The position numbers were made by a program, and so were the translations under genes. The notes beneath the pieces are model-generated. The model was not told the DNA's origin. It worked only from the letters and a program-made list of their open reading frames with translations, and searched no databases. A DNA stretch of 64,000 nucleotides from Candidatus Heimdallarchaeota archaeon. Its GTDB lineage: Archaea; Asgardarchaeota; Heimdallarchaeia; Heimdallarchaeales; Heimdallarchaeaceae. Location of the stretch: positions 15,825 through 79,824 of the forward strand of contig JABCTC010000015.1 of assembly GCA_018238545.1 (NCBI GenBank), given 5' to 3'. Below, in pieces: positions 61,043-64,000 of the stretch (positions within the stretch are counted from its first letter, which is position 1; the number at the start of each line of letters is the position of its first letter).

Positions 61043-62462
61043 ATAATGTTTTTTTGTCTTTTTGTCTTATTAAGTTGGAAATTGAGTAGCATTTTAGAGA
61101 TAGTATGGGTGTTTTTATAGTGAACTCTGGGTAAACTATAGATGGTAAAGGTACTGCGTGCAGAGCGTATAGAAGTGACGTATCATCCAGCACTGAGCAG
61201 AATTTGTCATCAAGCAAAAAATCTCTATAATCGAGCAAATTTTCTGTTAACAAATTCTTTAAAGCAAACAAACAAACTTCTCTTTTACTATGATCTTGAC
61301 AAACAATTGAAACAGGAGGAGTGCTACAAGGTCCTCCCAGCTCATGTTGCTCAACAAACGCTCAAACTTCTAAGTAGGAACTGGAAAAGCTTTTTCCGAG
61401 CTAAACAAGAGTGGAAAAAGAATCCTACATTGTTTTTTGCCATGCCTAATCCACCTAACTACAAGAAGAAGGATGGGGAAGTAGTAGCCATCTTTACCAA
61501 TCAACAAGCACGTATTGTCAATGGTTGGCTAGTGTTACCGAAGAAAGTGAAATACACTTACAAGACACGGTTAACAGCTCAAGCAGAGTTAAGAGAAGTG
61601 AGAGTCATTCCCCGAAGAACTCACTACACCCTTGAACTTGTTTATCTGAAGAGTATACCAAATCTCAAGAAAAAGTTGATTAGAAAAGGAGCGATAGATT
61701 TAGGGATGGACAACCTTGCCGCTTTTGTGGATAACCTCGGAGGAAGACCGATTGTTATAAAAGATGCAGGGAAAGGGATAAAATCCATTACGCAATATTA
61801 TTTGAAAGAACAGAAAAAACTACAACTACAGTATAGTCAGCAACAGAGAAAACAATTGCAAAAGAAGAACAGACTCAAGTATGGTTCAACTTACTACAAG
61901 CTCAAAGAGAAGTGGAGAAAAAAGCTAAACGATGCTATCCACAAATTAACCAAGTATCTGGTTGACTTATGGGTCGAACGAGGGCTCCATGAAGTGATAA
62001 TAGGTTACAACCCATTGTGGAAACAGAATCTCCATTTTTGGAAGAAAACCACTCAGATGTTTGTCACCATCCCCTTCCTGAAAATCATTGATATGCTAAA
62101 GTACAAAGGAGCAGAACAAGGGATAAAGGTGGAGACCATCCCTGAACAATACACCTCCAAGAGTAGTTTCTTGGATAATGAATTCCCTAAAAAGAGAAAA
62201 AAATACAAGGGAAAAAGAATCCACCGAGGGTTGTTCCGTTCTGCTCAAGGTCATTTGATTAATGCTGATGTTAATGCCGCTTACAATATTCTGCTAAAAA
62301 GCGATCCGAAAGCCTTGCCTAAACGCACGGTGAACGGGGTAGGAGGATACGTGATGTATCCCCTCAGAGTGATTATAGAGTACCTTCGCCCTATATCATG
62401 ACCTCTAAGCACTACATTTACCTAGCTTTGTCAAATAAGACAAGAAGACAAATAGACATCAT
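61043..62462 (+). mobile_element. Non-autonomous TnpB-only IS, copy B
   Basis: Homologous to copy A; imperfect ~30-bp inverted termini. Confidence 0.78.
61142..62401 (+). CDS. tnpB: RNA-guided endonuclease TnpB
   Basis: Close paralog of 11805-13064, same length (419 aa). Confidence 0.93.
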   Translation: MVKVLRAERIEVTYHPALSRICHQAKNLYNRANFLLTNSLKQTNKLLFYYDLDKQLKQEECYKVLPAHVAQQTLKLLSRNWKSFFRAKQEWKKNPTLFFAMPNPPNYKKKDGEVVAIFTNQQARIVNGWLVLPKKVKYTYKTRLTAQAELREVRVIPRRTHYTLELVYLKSIPNLKKKLIRKGAIDLGMDNLAAFVDNLGGRPIVIKDAGKGIKSITQYYLKEQKKLQLQYSQQQRKQLQKKNRLKYGSTYYKLKEKWRKKLNDAIHKLTKYLVDLWVERGLHEVIIGYNPLWKQNLHFWKKTTQMFVTIPFLKIIDMLKYKGAEQGIKVETIPEQYTSKSSFLDNEFPKKRKKYKGKRIHRGLFRSAQGHLINADVNAAYNILLKSDPKALPKRTVNGVGGYVMYPLRVIIEYLRPIS

Positions 62463-62516
62463 GAAGCTAGTTTCATAGGAGATGAAAAAGAAAAGATAAA
62501 AAAATGGGTCTAAAAT

Positions 62517-63983
62517 TTACAGATCCATTTTCTTAAGTTGTTGTTTAATTTCAGCTACTTTCTCCTTGTTCAAAGTATTAAGTTTCCAGAAAACAAGTGC
62601 TCCAATTATGACCAATATAGCAGGTATTAGTGCTAGATGGATATTGATTCCCCATAGAGCTAGAGGTGTCTGAGAGGTAGCATCGGGGGCAGAATCGAAA
62701 CCTGTAAGTTCATGTATAGCCCAGAAGGATAGACCTTGGACAGCATAAGATAAACGTCCAAAAAATGCTCGAAAACCTAAGAATATACCATCATTTCGTT
62801 TCCCTGTTTTCACGACTATCTCGTCTATCGAATCAGCCATAGCTGGAGTCATGATAAGCCAAAAACCACCAAAACTCATTCCCCAGAAAGCTAAAGCGAT
62901 AATAAAACCAATTTGACTTCGAAGGAAAATCATCGGGATGAAACAAGCTCCAATTAGCAGAGCTGCTATCGTAATCATCTTCTGATTGTCTTGAACCCTT
63001 TTAATGAAGTAGAGCCAGATAGGAATTGAGATTAAAGCTCCAACTAGCATAGCGGCAAAAATAGGCGTTGTTTTTCCCACGTCCCCTAAGAAATATTTCC
63101 CAACATAGTGTATACTTCCTGTTAGTGACATAGTAGCAGCTTGATAGAAGAAGAAAAGTAGAATGAAAGCGAGGAAGTTTTTATGAGTAAAAGCTTTTCT
63201 TAACTGTTTGAAGAATCCCTCCTTTTCCTCAGATTCAACGCTTTTCATGTACCGTTCGATCATCTTAGGAGTTTCTTTAACCCCTGGAATCATTGTAAAT
63301 ATCAATAGAAAACCTGCAATAGAGAATACCCATCCATTGGTGATAAAAGTGGTAGAATTATCAATATATACGGGTATAAACTCACTGTATTCTACTATGA
63401 ATGTTGGAAGTAAAGCTCCAGCAGCAATACCTATTACTCCGATGACAATTGCGATACTTGCAGCTTTGTTACGAACTTTGTGACTTCTAAATTTATCAAC
63501 AAAGGTGCTTTGATAATTCACTTCCCAAACAGAGTAAAGGGCATCATACAAACAAATTGTCAAAACCATCCAAGCAAAAAGTGCACCATCACTTGACCTT
63601 ACAGCTGTAGGGACAGTAAATATTAGAACAAAGGAGAAGACCCAGACGAGTGCACCAAAAATAATCCATGGAAAACGTCTTCCAAGTTTCTTGGAAAGGA
63701 AAGTTGGTTTCTCAGTAAGAAAGCCGATAACAGGATCGTTCACAGCGTTCCAAATAGAATAAAGAACAAGAGCAAGAGCCGCAAGCCATGTTTTCAAACC
63801 AAGCTCGGTCTCGAAATAGAAGAAAACAAGAGCACCAAAAGCACCTGTAAAGAATTCAGCTAGGAACTTTCCAACACCATATGAAGCCATGACTCCAGTA
63901 GCTCGAAGATTAGACTGTGGCGAAGAGACCGCTGTCTCATCATCAAAAGATGTTGATTTAACAGAATCGTTTTCATTAACCAT
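62517..63983 (-). CDS. MFS transporter, GPH (sugar:cation symporter) family
   Basis: WNAVNDP.IG, GRR.PW, AD.ID....TG.R.DG. Confidence 0.9.
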   Translation of the reverse strand: MVNENDSVKSTSFDDETAVSSPQSNLRATGVMASYGVGKFLAEFFTGAFGALVFFYFETELGLKTWLAALALVLYSIWNAVNDPVIGFLTEKPTFLSKKLGRRFPWIIFGALVWVFSFVLIFTVPTAVRSSDGALFAWMVLTICLYDALYSVWEVNYQSTFVDKFRSHKVRNKAASIAIVIGVIGIAAGALLPTFIVEYSEFIPVYIDNSTTFITNGWVFSIAGFLLIFTMIPGVKETPKMIERYMKSVESEEKEGFFKQLRKAFTHKNFLAFILLFFFYQAATMSLTGSIHYVGKYFLGDVGKTTPIFAAMLVGALISIPIWLYFIKRVQDNQKMITIAALLIGACFIPMIFLRSQIGFIIALAFWGMSFGGFWLIMTPAMADSIDEIVVKTGKRNDGIFLGFRAFFGRLSYAVQGLSFWAIHELTGFDSAPDATSQTPLALWGINIHLALIPAILVIIGALVFWKLNTLNKEKVAEIKQQLKKMDL

Positions 63984-64000
63984 GGTTCTTTAAAAAAAGC

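Noticed and set aside
308-63483. Numerous short antisense or alternate-frame ORFs in the track
   Set aside because: They are shadows of well-supported genes and carry no motifs.

Overview
This is a low-GC archaeal chromosomal segment, most consistent with an Asgard archaeon (Heimdallarchaeia-like). That assignment is inferred from bulge-helix-bulge (BHB) tRNA introns, origin recognition box (ORB)-like sites, an Arf-like protein and C-terminally anchored surface proteins. Routine content includes phosphate transport, nadE, cysK, cysS, hydantoinase/oxoprolinase A+B, tag, a glycosylation cluster, an MFS transporter and four tRNAs (Val-GAC, Asn-GTT, Thr-TGT, Ala-TGC). The most notable items are: (1) a tight five-gene operon (19792->13862) encoding a catalytically degenerate Arf-like GTPase, an AAA+ ATPase, a VWA protein, a SpoVR/zincin-like protein and a HEAT-repeat protein; (2) four stand-alone TnpB genes with a rearranged, Fanzor-like RuvC-II, two bounded by imperfect terminal inverted repeats and one whose predicted guide matches the adjacent tRNA-Val; (3) a tRNA-Ala with two BHB introns, next to a candidate ORB-containing replication origin; (4) a peptide ABC permease fused to LVIVD repeats in an operon lacking a substrate-binding protein; (5) an MBX/MBS-like soluble module with no membrane arm at the locus. 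All calls come from motif reading by eye; no searches were run.
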